A stretch of DNA of 55,860 nucleotides from the NCBI GenBank assembly GCA_001600815.1, contig BCKZ01000034.1:62001-117860 (forward strand), in the 5' to 3' direction. The DNA is from Alloascoidea hylecoeti. Its lineage: Eukaryota. Made by a program: the position numbers and the translations under genes. The notes under the pieces were generated by a model, which was given only the letters and a program-made list of their open reading frames with translations, was not told where the DNA came from and ran no database searches. Each line of letters begins with the position of its first letter. Positions within the stretch are counted from its first letter, which is position 1. Positions 23,821 through 36,374 of the stretch are shown here, one piece after another.

Positions 23821-25125
23821 ATGAGCGACAAAAAAGTTTCCATACTTACTCTAATGACAGCTGTTGCTGCGTCATCTATTGCTTCTTTTTGGATTTCAAG
23901 TATTTTTCGCAAAACATCTAACAAAGAGGAATCAAAGGTTACCAGAGAAAAGGTTACCTATTATGATGAAACTTTGATTACAGAACAACTTGCTAGGAAT
24001 TATGCATTTTTCGGGGAAGAAGGAATGAAAAGTATACGAGAAAAATTTGTTATAGTTGTTGGTGCTGGAGGCGTAGGATCATGGACGGTTACAATGCTGG
24101 TTCGATCCGGAATAAGAAAAATACGGGTCATCGATTTTGATCAAGTTACTTTGTCATCTTTAAACAGACACGCTGTTGCTGATCTTTCAGATGTTGGAAC
24201 ACCAAAAGTTCAGACGCTTAAAAATCATTTGTCAAAAGTTGCTCCTTGGTGTGAAATAGAACCTGTTATTGAACTTTTACAATTAAAAGGTATAGAAACT
24301 TTACTAGGAGGAAATCCCGATTATGTTGTCGATTGTATTGATAATATTGATACAAAAGTTGACTTATTGTATTACTGCCATCAAAATAATATTCCAGTTA
24401 TTAGTTCAATGGGTGCTTCATGCAAATCCGATCCCACTAGGATTAACGTTGGCGATATATCTGTATCTATAGAAGATGGTCTTTCAAGAGCAGTAAGAAG
24501 ACGACTTAAACTCAAAGGTATCACAACAGGCATTCCAGTTGTATTTTCTTCCGAAAAGCCTGGACCAGATAAAGCAAAACTTTTACCATTACCAGACGAA
24601 GAATATGAAAAGGGTAATGTTCAAGAACTAGGAGTGCTTCAAGATTTTCGAGTGAGGATACTGCCTGTTCTGGGAACCATGCCAGGAATGTTCGGATTGA
24701 CAATCGCTACTCATATTTTAACTACAATGGCAGGCTATCCCACGGAATACATAGAGGGTAAAAAGCGGATTAAAATTTGGGATAGTATTTTGCAATCGTT
24801 AGCAGGCCAGAAAGCTCGTCTAGGGGAGAAATCACATAAACTTCCAATAGACCTAAATGATGTATGTTATCTAGTAGAAGAAGTTTTCCGAGGAAAATCC
24901 CCCATCTCCAAACAGTCTACTAGATTGTCGCTGACTAAATGGCGACCAGATGCTGGAATATCATTACAAAATTTGGTTGTTGTCACAAAAGATGAACAAA
25001 AGATACATGAGCAACTAGTATTGAAGGAAGGAAAGCCTTTGCATGAAGTCTATAGTCAAGATATTTTAGACTTGGTCGAAAAGAGATTTCGAGAAGAAAG
25101 GGAGTATAGCAAATGGAGAGAATAG
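23821..25125 (+). CDS. TCD1: tRNA threonylcarbamoyladenosine dehydratase (Tcd1/Tcd2 family, E1-like)
   Basis: EQLARNYAF, VVGAGGVGSW, DFDQVTLSSLNRH, DCIDNIDTK and RILPVLGTMPG; N-terminal hydrophobic anchor. Confidence 0.92.
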   Translation: MSDKKVSILTLMTAVAASSIASFWISSIFRKTSNKEESKVTREKVTYYDETLITEQLARNYAFFGEEGMKSIREKFVIVVGAGGVGSWTVTMLVRSGIRKIRVIDFDQVTLSSLNRHAVADLSDVGTPKVQTLKNHLSKVAPWCEIEPVIELLQLKGIETLLGGNPDYVVDCIDNIDTKVDLLYYCHQNNIPVISSMGASCKSDPTRINVGDISVSIEDGLSRAVRRRLKLKGITTGIPVVFSSEKPGPDKAKLLPLPDEEYEKGNVQELGVLQDFRVRILPVLGTMPGMFGLTIATHILTTMAGYPTEYIEGKKRIKIWDSILQSLAGQKARLGEKSHKLPIDLNDVCYLVEEVFRGKSPISKQSTRLSLTKWRPDAGISLQNLVVVTKDEQKIHEQLVLKEGKPLHEVYSQDILDLVEKRFREEREYSKWRE

Positions 25126-25277
25126 TAAGTTTGAAACATTAGATTAGATAATAATTTAAGTTTTGTGCTATTGTCATGAAAAGCCCGGCCTTAGTGACCG
25201 AGTACTGATATTTATGTAAAGAGACCCGGTATCAATGTCTCAATATGGACCTCTTTGTCCGATATTAATACAAGCTT

Positions 25278-27534
25278 ATGAACACAAAAAGACAACAAAC
25301 CTCCTCGCCGAACATAAGCTCGAAGTCTGCTCTTCCCGACTTTGACAAAGACTTTGTTGACGAGACCCGTAAGTCTAACCGCAATCTTAAAGTTTGCAGC
25401 TCTGTCTAACACCATCATCGTTTCATGAATAATAGATATTCAGGCCTTCGCACAGGCTCTGGCAGTTGAAGAAGACTCTTCTTTACCACAGACTCCACTG
25501 CTTCTACCTGGTGATATCTCAGCCCCTCCCACCTCTTCTAACACCACTGTAGAATATATTTCTTCCAAAAATGACTGGTCCCCAGTGTACGATATCTTAA
25601 AGGCTCCACAGAACGAAACCTCTTCTACTTCAACATCGATTTCCACATCCACAAAGACTTCTGCATGTAAAGATAGTATATTTAGAAATCGCCAGAGGAA
25701 CAAAAATCAAGAGCAGGACAGAAAAAAGCAGCTGAAGCTGGCGAGACGGATTCTGAAAAAAGACCACTCCAGAGAGGGTATTACCTACCAGATTCTAAGA
25801 TGGCCCTTTTTAATGTTTTCTCTTTTCTGGATTGCTATTCTTACCGTAACCTATACTCTGGTTCGAATATATGTCTCGCTTTTTGAAAATCTGATTACTT
25901 GGCGAGGCGAAAGACACAAACTAAGGATGGCTTTACGACATGCTACAACCTATGAAGATTGGATAACAGCAGCAATGGCTCTAGATGAATTGTTTGGAAA
26001 TGAGAAATGGAAACAAAACCCCCGATATTTTTATTACGATTATCGTACAGTGGGAAAACTAATCAAACTGTTACAAGACTTGAGAGCCAATGATAAAATA
26101 GAGGAGTTATCTGTGGTTCTGCAAGGTTGCCTAAAATCAAATTTTGCTGGCACGGAAAGCAATGAACTCTACAGCCAAACTTATTACGGCACTAAGCATT
26201 TACTTGAAAGTTATAATGAAGAAGTAGTAAAATCTTTGGAATATTTAACTTCCTCTGCTAAAATTTCAGCAGACGATAAACAAAGAGTATATTCATTTTT
26301 TTTCAAAAATTTTGGAACCACTGCTTTGTGCCTATCAGGAGGGGCATGTTTTGCCTATACTCACTTTGGGATTCTCAAGGCTCTGTTAGAGAATGATCTA
26401 TTACCAAAAATAATCACTGGGACCTCCGGTGGTGGTCTCATTGCTGCTCTAGCGTGTACGAGGACGAATGAAGAGCTGAAGAAGCTATTAGTACCCGAAC
26501 TAGCAGATAAGATTACAGCATGTTGGGAATCATTTCCGGGTTGGTTTTTTAGATGGTATAGAACTGGAGCAAGATTTGATGCTGTTGATTGGGCAAGGAG
26601 GTCATGCTGGTTTACTTTGGGGTCTCTTACTTTTCAAGAAGCTTATGAACGGACTGGGAAAATTTTAAACATTTCAACGGTTCCAGCTGACCCCAATTCC
26701 CCCGTAATTCTTTGTAACCATATCACTTCTCCAAATTGTGTTATTTGGAGCAGTCTATTAGCATCTTCTGCTGTCCCTGGAATTCTCAACCCGGTTGTGT
26801 TGATGATGAAAACAAAAGAAGGGAATGTTGTACCTTTTAGTTTTGGAAACAAATGGCGAGATGGAAGTTTAAGAACAGATATACCTGTTATGTCCCTAAA
26901 TCAGTATTTTAACGTCAAGTTTTCTGTGGTTTCTCAAGTGAATCCACATATCTCATTATTTTATTACGCCCCTAAAGGCACCGTTGGAAGACCAGTGACA
27001 CATCGGAAAGGGAAAGGTTGGCGAGGGGGATTCTTGGGGTCTTTTTCTGAGAATTTCTTGAAGTTAGAACTTAGAAAATGGCTAAAATTAATGGGGACTT
27101 TGGAGTTATTTCCACGGTTTTTAGACCAGGACTGGTCGAGGATTTGGCTTCAACGATTTTCTGGAACGGTTACACTATGGCCAAAGATAAAATTTAAGGA
27201 TTTTTGGTACATTTTGTCTGATCCCACTCCTGAAAGATTAAAACAAATGATTCTCAATGGAGAGCGTACAACATTTCCTAAACTCTTATTTATAAGACAT
27301 AGATTAAACATCGAACGAGCAATCATGACAATGAGCGCTAATTCCACCGAGTCCGAGTCTAATTTTATGAATAGTAGACTTAAGAATCAGGAGAATAGTT
27401 TTGATGACAATGATAACCCCAATACAGAGGATGAGCTATTTAATTATAGCGATAAAACTTATGAGATCAACAATGTATTCACGGACTTTGAAGACACGTC
27501 AGATGATAGTGATACAACTAATGAAAGTAGTTAG
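25278..27534 (+). CDS. Patatin-like lipase (TGL-related, ~729 aa); exons 25278-25368, 25436-27534
   Basis: LCLSGGACF, GTSGG (GxSxG) and WRDGSL motifs; one transmembrane segment. Intron 25369-25435 (GTAAGT...TCTAAC...TAG) supplies the ATG missing from the ORF track. Confidence 0.9.
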
Positions 27535-28441
27535 CTACGCACTATACTAAATATTACATTTGACTGAGAATTATACATATGCTAATTATATCTTTCTTTC
27601 TTATAATTAGACTAACCATCTACCCAATCATCTTATTAACTTTAAATATATGATGTTATACATAATGGATTAACCCCATATTTGTTTTACTTTCACCTCC
27701 GTATTATCAATGGAACAACCAACCTCAGTATAGTAGTAAAATAATTAATTATCTAATCTATATAAGAAGAGACCTTCCCTCATTTATAATACTAAGTTTA
27801 ATCTGGACTACATTTTGTATTTCATTGTAACAAACTAGATTCCTAATCTAACTATAGCATATAATAACTCTGTAGCCTATTTTATATTTAATTTATTAGT
27901 TAAACTTAATTTTAATGATAACATCACTGAACAAATTGCAAAAGTTTTATTCGCAACTTTTTCTTTGGTTATACAACCTTTCATAAATTGGGTTTCTAAC
28001 ATACCGGTATAGGCCTACAAATTGGTAATAGTTCATATGTATATTGGACTGTACCATATTTTGTGGATATATTCTGGAATTGTGAGAAGTCATAGAGTTA
28101 ATTGTATCTTATAATTGGTTGGAAAAAAACATTTACGTTTGTATTATGTTTTCTACTTTCTAGACTGACATCAATGTGAAATAATGAGTTAGGTAAGGAA
28201 GAGGTAATTAAGCGATTTGAACGTCGTATTTGTTTTACTGCTCTATATGGTAATTCGGGAACTACCTGCGCGCACATATACACCATAAGAAAAAAAAAAG
28301 AAGCACAAAGACTAAAACATTTTTTAAATTTGAACAAAATTTACTCTGTTTTTGTATAAAGCCCTATCTAAGTTATACCTGAGGGTGTCATTTCCATCAT
28401 TAATATTCTAGATCTGAGTACGTTCTCGAATTCATGGTTCC

Positions 28442-29374
28442 CTAGAAATCTTTAGCTGCTTTCAAATCATCCACATTCAATAAATCCACTCCTGATGTCA
28501 GAAGCTGTTTCCATATTTTATTTCTTGTGGAAGTTGGCCAATTTGGAAACCCCCAGTAGCGCGTTTTAATACCTAGGATATGTGCAGTTGCTATTTGACT
28601 TCTTATCTTTTTCAGCTGGCTTCTGCTTAACCCATTTATCCCAGGCCTTCCAATAAACTTTTCAAGATTTGTGGAAGCAATTGGATTCAATGTAGACGGA
28701 GTCTCTTCACCTAGTGCTTCTAATGGGCCGTCTACAAAATAATCTCTCTTGATCTGAGATTGAACATAGTCCACTGGAACTGCACCAGTCCCGATCACGG
28801 TTATAGGTTTGTATATAATATGAGACCCATTAAATGAGGTTAAATAGTTCTTCTCGCGCAGAGGTTCAAGTTGCTTCTCTACCTTTTTCCACGTTTTCAA
28901 ACTTTCTGTCTTGATATCAACAAATAAATATAATGTTGCATAGCCATCAGTGTCGAAAACACCATAAGATTTTTTCCGGAATACGGGATCTGCGTTAACT
29001 TCAGATAAGTGATTACTCTTATTGTTTATTTCATTTAGAAGTTTAACAAGAGGATTGACATAAAGATTGCGGAATGTTTTCTCCTTTCTTAAAGAAAAGG
29101 AGTTATGACCAACATATAGTTCACTATCTTCATCATCATTAAGAAGCCAGACGTCGGCTTCAACCGATTGTGCACCGATCCTCAGGGCATCAAACAAAGG
29201 TGTGCTTCTCCAATAGTCATTATGAGAGTGAATCTGCCGAACAGGCACATCTTTTGTTACAGTAGAGAAACTGTCTTGAAGTTTAAAGATTGTCTGCTGG
29301 GCAAATGGGTGTGACCCAACTGTTAATAAGACAATAAGTGAGCAGATTATTAGAAGTGGCAGAGACGTGACCAT
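28442..29374 (-). CDS. AIM6: Aim6-like PLC-like phosphodiesterase-fold protein
   Basis: IHSHNDYWR, PLFDAL..GA.SVEADVW, LYVGH and DLLNVDDL motifs; N-terminal hydrophobic segment. Start placed at the first ATG, uncertain. Confidence 0.85.
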   Translation of the reverse strand: MVTSLPLLIICSLIVLLTVGSHPFAQQTIFKLQDSFSTVTKDVPVRQIHSHNDYWRSTPLFDALRIGAQSVEADVWLLNDDEDSELYVGHNSFSLRKEKTFRNLYVNPLVKLLNEINNKSNHLSEVNADPVFRKKSYGVFDTDGYATLYLFVDIKTESLKTWKKVEKQLEPLREKNYLTSFNGSHIIYKPITVIGTGAVPVDYVQSQIKRDYFVDGPLEALGEETPSTLNPIASTNLEKFIGRPGINGLSRSQLKKIRSQIATAHILGIKTRYWGFPNWPTSTRNKIWKQLLTSGVDLLNVDDLKAAKDF

Positions 29375-30066
29375 ATATAACCTATAGAAACTTATAGATT
29401 GTAATAACAAAATTGATGTTGATATCGATATTTGGTGATGCTTATGTGTGTCAATTACTTAAGTGTAATTCTCGTACTGATTTGCTTATCGTTGGGTAAT
29501 TATCAGCATTTGTTATCTTCTTCAATTAGCTACTTTGAACGAACCTTAATTTCTATTGTATTAGTTACTATGGTCAGTCTACTATTAATACACCGTTCTT
29601 CTGATTATTTAGAAAAGGTGTCGACGAACAAATTACTGATATGAAACTAATTCATTAACGTATGTACTATTAAGGTAAGTTGTATGTATGTCATCCAACC
29701 GCGAATAAAATCTCATAAAGTCTGAGGTAGATAGCAATTTCCCATGACCAGTCCTATAGCCAGATGTATCCGCAGTAGTTTATTTATTTACAGCTATATT
29801 ATAATGTGTAGAGTCACTGTAGACCAAGTAATTAGTTCCTGGGTTCTTTTTAGAAAGCAATTTTATCTCCTTTACAATTAAATAATCTGTGGAATATATG
29901 TTATAACAACGATAGCTAAATTTGAAACATTCCAAAAGAAATTGTTATACGGATAAATTTGTTAAAAATCACTCATTTAACCAATGCTCAAGTGATTGTT
30001 GCAGCTTGAGATTGTTTGATTCAAATCGATATCTACGTTTTTAATGGCTAAAAATTGATAGGAAAC

Positions 30067-30087
30067 TGACTCAGTGACACTGAGTCA
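30067..30087. promoter_or_regulatory. Palindromic pair of Gcn4/AP-1 sites
   Basis: TGACTCAGTG-A-CACTGAGTCA is a perfect inverted repeat containing TGACTCA and TGAGTCA, ~525 bp upstream of the amidase. Confidence 0.55.
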
Positions 30088-30611
30088 AAAGTTCAAAAAG
30101 TGAATTATGCAGATGAGGATTCTTACTGCATATTGAAAATCAGCCATACATAAAGCTATATGAAATATTGTGAATTCCTAACATGCTTAAGCTTGAACTT
30201 AACACTTGTTAGTTTCAATCTGAACAATTCTTTTTAATGGAGGGATTGGTGGTTTATAAATATTTAGTCGCTATATAGATATATCTAAAATATATATCTG
30301 GACATGGGTAACTATATATTGGAGAATATTGGAGAATATTTTTATTTAGATACAATATTGCAACATAATTGTGACCTAAAAATTAATCGAATGTAATAAT
30401 ATATTTTATGTCTTATCCACGCATCATCGGTTGTCTAATGTTTAAATCCGTTGCAATTGTAACTTTAAATAAAGTTAGGATAAATAGGAAATTTTAAAAA
30501 AATCCTTTGAAAATATTAAATTTCTCTGAAGTAGAATTGTATATAAACCTCTGAATTCCAACTTTTTTTTTCACCCCCAATTATTAAACACACGATTTTA
30601 GATATCACATA

Positions 30612-32303
30612 ATGACTTTTGATTCAGATGAATCCCTTAATTTAGCGAAAGCTTCGAAAAGTGGAAAGGAATTAGAATGTCCCACTTGGAAACAAAAAGC
30701 GTTAGCCAAAAGAGAAACTCTTCTTTCCAAAATTCCTTTGAAATGGAGATTATCAAATATTCCTCCTGTTGAAAAGGAACCAGATGTTGGAAAATTCTTA
30801 GACAAAATTCTTCCTGAAGCCGAGAATTCAATCACATCATCTAGTGTCATTGATCTCGCAAACAGAGTCTCTTCCGGGTTAATCAGCTCCAAAGAAGTGG
30901 CTGAAGCGTTTTGTCATAGAGCTGCCCTGGTCCACCAGATAACTAGTTGCTGCTCGGAAATTTTCTTCGATAAAGCTATAGAACGAGCACAATACTTGGA
31001 CGATTATTACAAAAAGAATGGTAAAACAGTTGGACCACTTCATGGAATACCAGTTTCTTTAAAAGATCAGTTTAATTTGGAAGGTATTGAAACATCAATT
31101 GGATTCATTGGACTCTTAGGGAAACCGACCAATAAATCAGAGGTGTCCAATATTGTTGAAATTTTGAATGATCTAGGTGCTATATTTTATGTTAAAACGA
31201 CGGTTCCTATGGCCATGTTATCATATGAAACTGTCTCTAATTTGCATGGTACTACTACAAATTCATTAAATAGAAAACTCAGTTGTGGAGGAAGTTCGGG
31301 TGGAGAGGGTGCTTTAATTGGGGCAAAGGGCTCTATTATTGGATTTGGGACTGATATTGGAGGTTCGATCAGAACTCCATGTGCATTTCAAGGTTTATAT
31401 GGGATAAAACCTTCATATTATAGACTTCCATACAGAAATGTTACGAACTCAGCTGCATATCAACCAATCATACCCTCAGTTATTGGACCTATGACTAGAA
31501 AAATTGAAGATCTTGAATTTGTAATGAAATTGATTGTAAATTCAAAACCCTGGCTAACTGATCCAAAGGTGTTGGAAATTAATTGGAAAGAAACAAGCTT
31601 AAAGAGTGGAAAACTTGCTTTTGGAATTATGGAGTGGGATGAGTTAATCTATCCACACCCTCCAGTGATTAGAGCTTTGAAAATAGTAAAAGAGAAATTA
31701 TTATCAGCAGGGCATGAAGTCATTGTGTGGAAACCACAAAATCATTCAAAGATACTGAATCTTGTCACAAGTGTTTTCACTTGCGATGCACTTGAAGAAG
31801 TAAAAACACTTTGCTCTATCTCAAAAGAACCACTTACCGAGCTCATTCAAAAAAGCTTCAATCCTCCGAAAAGACAACTTACAGTTTCCGAATTCTTTGA
31901 TCTTGCTCGCATTCAATATGAAGTGCAACAGGCTTATGACGATTACTGGAACTCCACCTCCAAAGAGACGACCACAGGACAGAGAGTTGATGCATGGATT
32001 AGCCCAGCATGGGAGTCAACTTCCTTCAGAGTTGGAGAAGGGTATAAAACTCCTTCAAGGTATACCAGGTATTTAAATGCACTAAACTACGCTATAGTGG
32101 TTGCACCGATTACAAAGGTAAATAAGAATATAGATGTTCCATTGGTTGACTACAAAGCTGTGTCAACGTTAGACAAAATCAACCAAGAGTATTATGATCC
32201 TGATCTATATGACGGAATGCCAGTAAACCTTCAGATCGTCACCCATAGATATGAGGAGGAAAAAGCTATATCTTTAACTAAAATGTTAACTGATCTTTTA
32301 TAG
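30612..32303 (+). CDS. Amidase-signature family amidase (AmdS/Amd2-like)
   Basis: GPLHGIPVSLKD, GGSSGGEGA and GTDIGGSIR (Lys-Ser-Ser triad). Confidence 0.95.
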   Translation: MTFDSDESLNLAKASKSGKELECPTWKQKALAKRETLLSKIPLKWRLSNIPPVEKEPDVGKFLDKILPEAENSITSSSVIDLANRVSSGLISSKEVAEAFCHRAALVHQITSCCSEIFFDKAIERAQYLDDYYKKNGKTVGPLHGIPVSLKDQFNLEGIETSIGFIGLLGKPTNKSEVSNIVEILNDLGAIFYVKTTVPMAMLSYETVSNLHGTTTNSLNRKLSCGGSSGGEGALIGAKGSIIGFGTDIGGSIRTPCAFQGLYGIKPSYYRLPYRNVTNSAAYQPIIPSVIGPMTRKIEDLEFVMKLIVNSKPWLTDPKVLEINWKETSLKSGKLAFGIMEWDELIYPHPPVIRALKIVKEKLLSAGHEVIVWKPQNHSKILNLVTSVFTCDALEEVKTLCSISKEPLTELIQKSFNPPKRQLTVSEFFDLARIQYEVQQAYDDYWNSTSKETTTGQRVDAWISPAWESTSFRVGEGYKTPSRYTRYLNALNYAIVVAPITKVNKNIDVPLVDYKAVSTLDKINQEYYDPDLYDGMPVNLQIVTHRYEEEKAISLTKMLTDLL

Positions 32304-32574
32304 TCATACCTGGTATATTAAAACATTTTCTTTTTGCATAACATCCCGAGCACTATAGAGATAGATAGTTTATATATGATCGTGAGTCAAGCTCAAGCTA
32401 AATTTAAAAACATACAATGTGAATATTAATGAGTATAGTTAATAATTAAACCATTTTTAACAATTTATTTTAAAATTATTAAAGCTAAACTATTAAGTCA
32501 GTTTTAATTAATGGTTTTTAGAAAAGTGCTTCTTTATTATACTTAACTAAATAGGAATATGTGTAACGTTAATA

Positions 32575-33030
32575 CTTTTTTTAACCAATTACAACTTTTA
32601 ACTAGAAACTATTTAATCGAGGAAATCACTCATAAAGTGAAAAACATCTCCATACTAAATCATATATAATATTCTTCCTTCTCCGACAAGATTATCTAAA
32701 CCACCTTTAGATTTGGTCTTAATTTTAAATTTGTTTTTTTATTGTTTTTTTCAAGGATTTAGATTTTAAAGTTCCTCGGCCTTTTACTTTTTTATTTAAT
32801 ATTTGTAGTTTTGCTGCATATCTTATGCTCTTTCTTAATTCCAATGCCGTTCTTTTCTATATTTCTTTCTTTGTTAATTATTATCAATGCTTTGAGTCTT
32901 TCTCTGTCAGATTCTAGCATTCTTCTCATCAGTGTTGTATATCATCTTTTCTTTGTTGACATACACATATACACACATCTGATTTGTGCCACCACTTTTT
33001 TGCGTCTCTATTTGATAGTTGAGAATTGAT
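32575..33030 (-). mobile_element. Decayed L1-like LINE 3' end, same family as 33444-34390
   Basis: Translates NRDAKKWWHKSDVC..CQQRKDDIQH and LELRKSIRYA, matching NKNAKQWWQKSDICSLCQQGKDDILH and LELRKNIRFV. Shares AACTAGAAACTAT and a T-run+AACC end with that copy. Boundaries approximate. Confidence 0.75.
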
Positions 33031-33443
33031 TGAAAGGCACCTTAAAGGTAATATCAGTATAGTATACGTATTTATTTTATGCAGCTTTTAAATTCTATTT
33101 ATGCAATTTTTAATACATTAATTTTCGTTGTTTGTCTCTTTGAACTTAACTTCCATACTTATGTTGTAGTAATATTATATGTTGGGAAATTAAAATAATT
33201 TTCAGTTCATTTATTATGAGTAGGAAATATCTAGTCTTTATATAGTCTAATATTTTACTGTTCTAATACTATTATAGAATACTCATTACCATACTAAATA
33301 GGTAAATAATGAGATCAAATAAATATGTTGTATAAATAAAACATTTATTTTCATTAATAACCCCGATTATTGTAACCTTAAAAACCAAACTTAAATATTT
33401 CAAACAAACACCCAATAATTAATATTATGTTATCCTGTTTTGA

Positions 33444-34390
33444 TTTTTTTTTTAACCTTTCATATTTTCAATTAAATTATATAACTAGAAACTATGCAAA
33501 ATCTCTACTTTATATAGTGAAATAATAACCTCTTTATCTATTCTTCTTATTATTTTTGTATGTTTCTCTTCCTATGTTTCTTTACCTAGACCACCTTAAA
33601 AGTAATTTTTTTTACTTTTTCAAGTTTTTAGATATTAGAATTGTGGTGGTGTCCTGACAAATCTAATGTTTTTTCTTAGCTCTAATGCCTTTTTAACAAA
33701 AGCCCCATTTTTTTCTATATGGTTTTCTTTTGGATTTATGATCAATAATTTGATCCCAATTCTATCGCTTCCTAACATCAACTTCTTTAATATTCTTATG
33801 GTTGAGCAATCTTCAAATAGATGTAATATGTCGTCTTTACCTTGTTGACATAAACTACAAATATCAGATTTTTGCCACCATTGTTTTGCATTTTTATTAT
33901 CACAAGCTGAGCAAATGTATTCATTGTGTCTCCTTAGGGTGTTCATTATGTGTTTCTTTGATAAATCCCCACCATTTCTTCCAATTTTCATCTTTTAGTT
34001 CCGGAATTAACTGCATCCATTTGTTTGATTTAAATATAATTTTATTTTTATTATACCACTTCTGGCTTATTGATTTAATCGAGTATTTGGATATGTTTTC
34101 TTCTTCCATGTCTTTTATTCTTTTTTCGATATCTTCTCCTGCGGGGGTTTCCACCAGTTTTTGTAACGCTTTATTTGTCAATTTTGGTACCGTTTCAGTA
34201 GTTGGTATATTTCTTATTTTTGTGTTATGTATTATTACTCTCCACGCTTTCAAGTATGTAATTAATCTATCTCCCTTTAAACTTATTGTTCGGATTTACT
34301 GGAATAACTGAGTTTAAACTTAGGTTGGTATTTTTAAACTCGTTGCATCTCTTAACCTTCTTCTTCTAATATGCCACGGAAATATATCTT
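33444..34390 (-). mobile_element. 5'-truncated L1-like non-LTR retrotransposon (ORF2 C-terminus, 3' UTR, A tail)
   Basis: WKKWWGFI and the CCHC motif CSLC-x7-H-x4-C (zf-RVT type), with stops and frameshifts. T10 at 33444-33453. The 5' boundary is approximate. Confidence 0.82.
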
Positions 34391-34396
34391 CGTAAA

Positions 34397-34468
34397 GCTC
34401 CATTGGCCAAATGGTAAGGCATCCGCCTCCTAAGCGGAAGACTGCGGGTTCGAGTCCCGTGTGGAGTG
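34397..34468 (+). tRNA. tRNA-Arg(CCT)
   Basis: Acceptor stem GCTCCAT/GTGGAGT+G, anticodon arm TCCGC-CTCCTAA-GCGGA, T arm GCGGG-TTCGAGT-CCCGT; 72 nt. Confidence 0.96.
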
Positions 34469-34492
34469 AAGTGGTGTCGATTGTGAAGGTGG

Positions 34493-34499
34493 TTTTTTT
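34493..34499 (+). terminator. RNA polymerase III terminator (T7)
   Basis: First T run, about 25 nt after the tRNA 3' end. Confidence 0.65.
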
Positions 34500-34589
34500 C
34501 TTTTTGATTCTTTTGAAAAGCATATTTTACGTTTTGATATTATATGGGGTAAAACCTCAATAATAGCAAATAAAAAAGAAAAAAAAGCT

Positions 34590-35656
34590 AACAACTTATT
34601 ACACCGGATTGGGATCATATGTTATTATTAAATAATAAATATCTTCATGACAATTTTTTGACAGACAAGGTACAATACTGGAGCTCCAATGCTTTAAGCA
34701 AAACCTCAAAATAATCCAGCCCTGGAATACATATTTAGCCCATTTCTGGGACACCACAAAAGTTGGCGATGTAAACCAACAATATATTAAAAATAAAAGT
34801 TTAAGGGCAATGAAAGAATTTAATCAATCCATGGACTTGATAGATATATCAGCAAAAACCCAAAATATAAAAGTAGAAGATTTCATTGGTCTCCAAAATG
34901 AAGTGCTTGACAGATTCAGTTGGAGGGGTATTTGTAAAACATTTTTCAAAGCAAACCAAAAAGTATTAGTACCAAAAGAAATGGAAAAAAACATACAAGA
35001 ATGGAGTCAATAAATGAGGATTTCTATGGAAAACAATCCACAAAAATAACCTCTACTTATCAAAAGCAATAGACGACTACCAAATATTCTGGTTCATACT
35101 TATATTTCTATGACAATCTAAAAGACAAAAGATGTCCTTGCTGTAAGAAGTTGGAATTATCCTTTGAACATTTTTTCTCTACATGTGAAATTACAAAGAA
35201 AATATGGTCCAATAACCAAAAGGTGATAGAACTAAAAGAAAAGGAAATTGAAGTGAAATCTTTTCTTGATTTTAATCATAAGGAAAGAAAAGAATTAATA
35301 TTAAGAGCGGTAACAGTGTTTTTGGTTAGAAAATATCGCAGAAGATATTATCAACAGGAGAATTGTTTATCAGAACCACAATGTTCTAAAATGGTTAAAA
35401 GGGACTCCACAAAGCTTTGTTCTGAATCACTTAGGTGCTACGGACATTGAGTAAAAGTAGGAAATGGTGACATTAATACCATACAAAGTAACAACATTAC
35501 TCAAAAAAGAGTGAACCTATAACATTAGTAATAGGAATTTTTGCCTATAGTAATAGGTTTTTTTATTTTCACAATTTTTTGGTTGTTATAAATATAGTAT
35601 TTATAGATATAGAAGTTTAAGATAGAGCCTTAATGGCCACTTGAAAAAAAAAAAAA
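34590..35656 (+). mobile_element. 5'-truncated L1-like LINE 3' end
   Basis: Frameshifted reading includes FSWRGICK, FLWKTIH and RCPCCKKLELSFEHFFSTCEITKKIW (CCHC); A13 tail at 35644-35656. Confidence 0.82.
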
Positions 35657-35659
35657 TAA

Positions 35660-36372
35660 CAAATTGGTCAGATTATGAAGTTAGTTGCTACACAGATTGT
35701 AAACCCCAAAATATCTATATCACCTGAATAGCACAACAACACCAATCATACCAAATTGGGGAAATCGGATTCGTTCTAGAACTCCAGATAACTGGAAAAA
35801 TTGGTGGGAATTGTTAGCTAAAATAGATGAGAAAACCCCAGGATCAGTAGATTATATACATCGTCTGAACTTACGACATTATTCTCATCACTGGGAATTT
35901 ACATCAAATAAACATATAAACGTGTCTCTGACAAAATGCATGTTATTTCTAACACCTGGGATAGAAACCGAAACGCACATATTTAACACCGTGAAATCAA
36001 GGTAATGATTTTCAAAACCTTACTAGGAAGAGATATGACCTTAGAAGAGGTAATTTGCCCAATTGCAACATTAACAGAACCTAAGGTTATAATGCAATTA
36101 AGCACAATCACCGAAATTTTATGGAATATAAGAGTCCAAAGAAGATTTAGTGATATTACTTTGGAGCGTTTGAACAACCATGAGATAATTATGAAAATGG
36201 TTAAAAGAGAGAAAGACAAAATATTTCATAAATACCAATAAAATATACAAGTTCTAAAATACGAATTTGTTCGTTATTAGATATGATACAGATAGATAAA
36301 TACAATTACAATATTATATAATTATAAATAGTTTATAATAATATTTTTATTATTAAGTAAAAAAAGAAAAAA
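35660..36372 (+). mobile_element. 5'-truncated L1-like LINE 3' end
   Basis: NWKNWWELL, degenerate zinc motif KCMLFLTPGIETETHIFN and EILWNIRVQRRF (L1 W..R...F motif); A-rich tail at ~36359-36372. Confidence 0.75.
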
Positions 36373-36374
36373 GA

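Noticed and set aside
1..27534. Lipid-metabolism gene cluster (ACC1, PHS1, patatin lipase)
   Set aside because: The genes are 10 kb or more apart with unrelated genes between them.
32482..32496. 15-bp inverted match to ~36719-36733 (AAGCTAAACTATTAA) as a sixth LINE remnant
   Set aside because: Too short and AT-rich to call without a family consensus.
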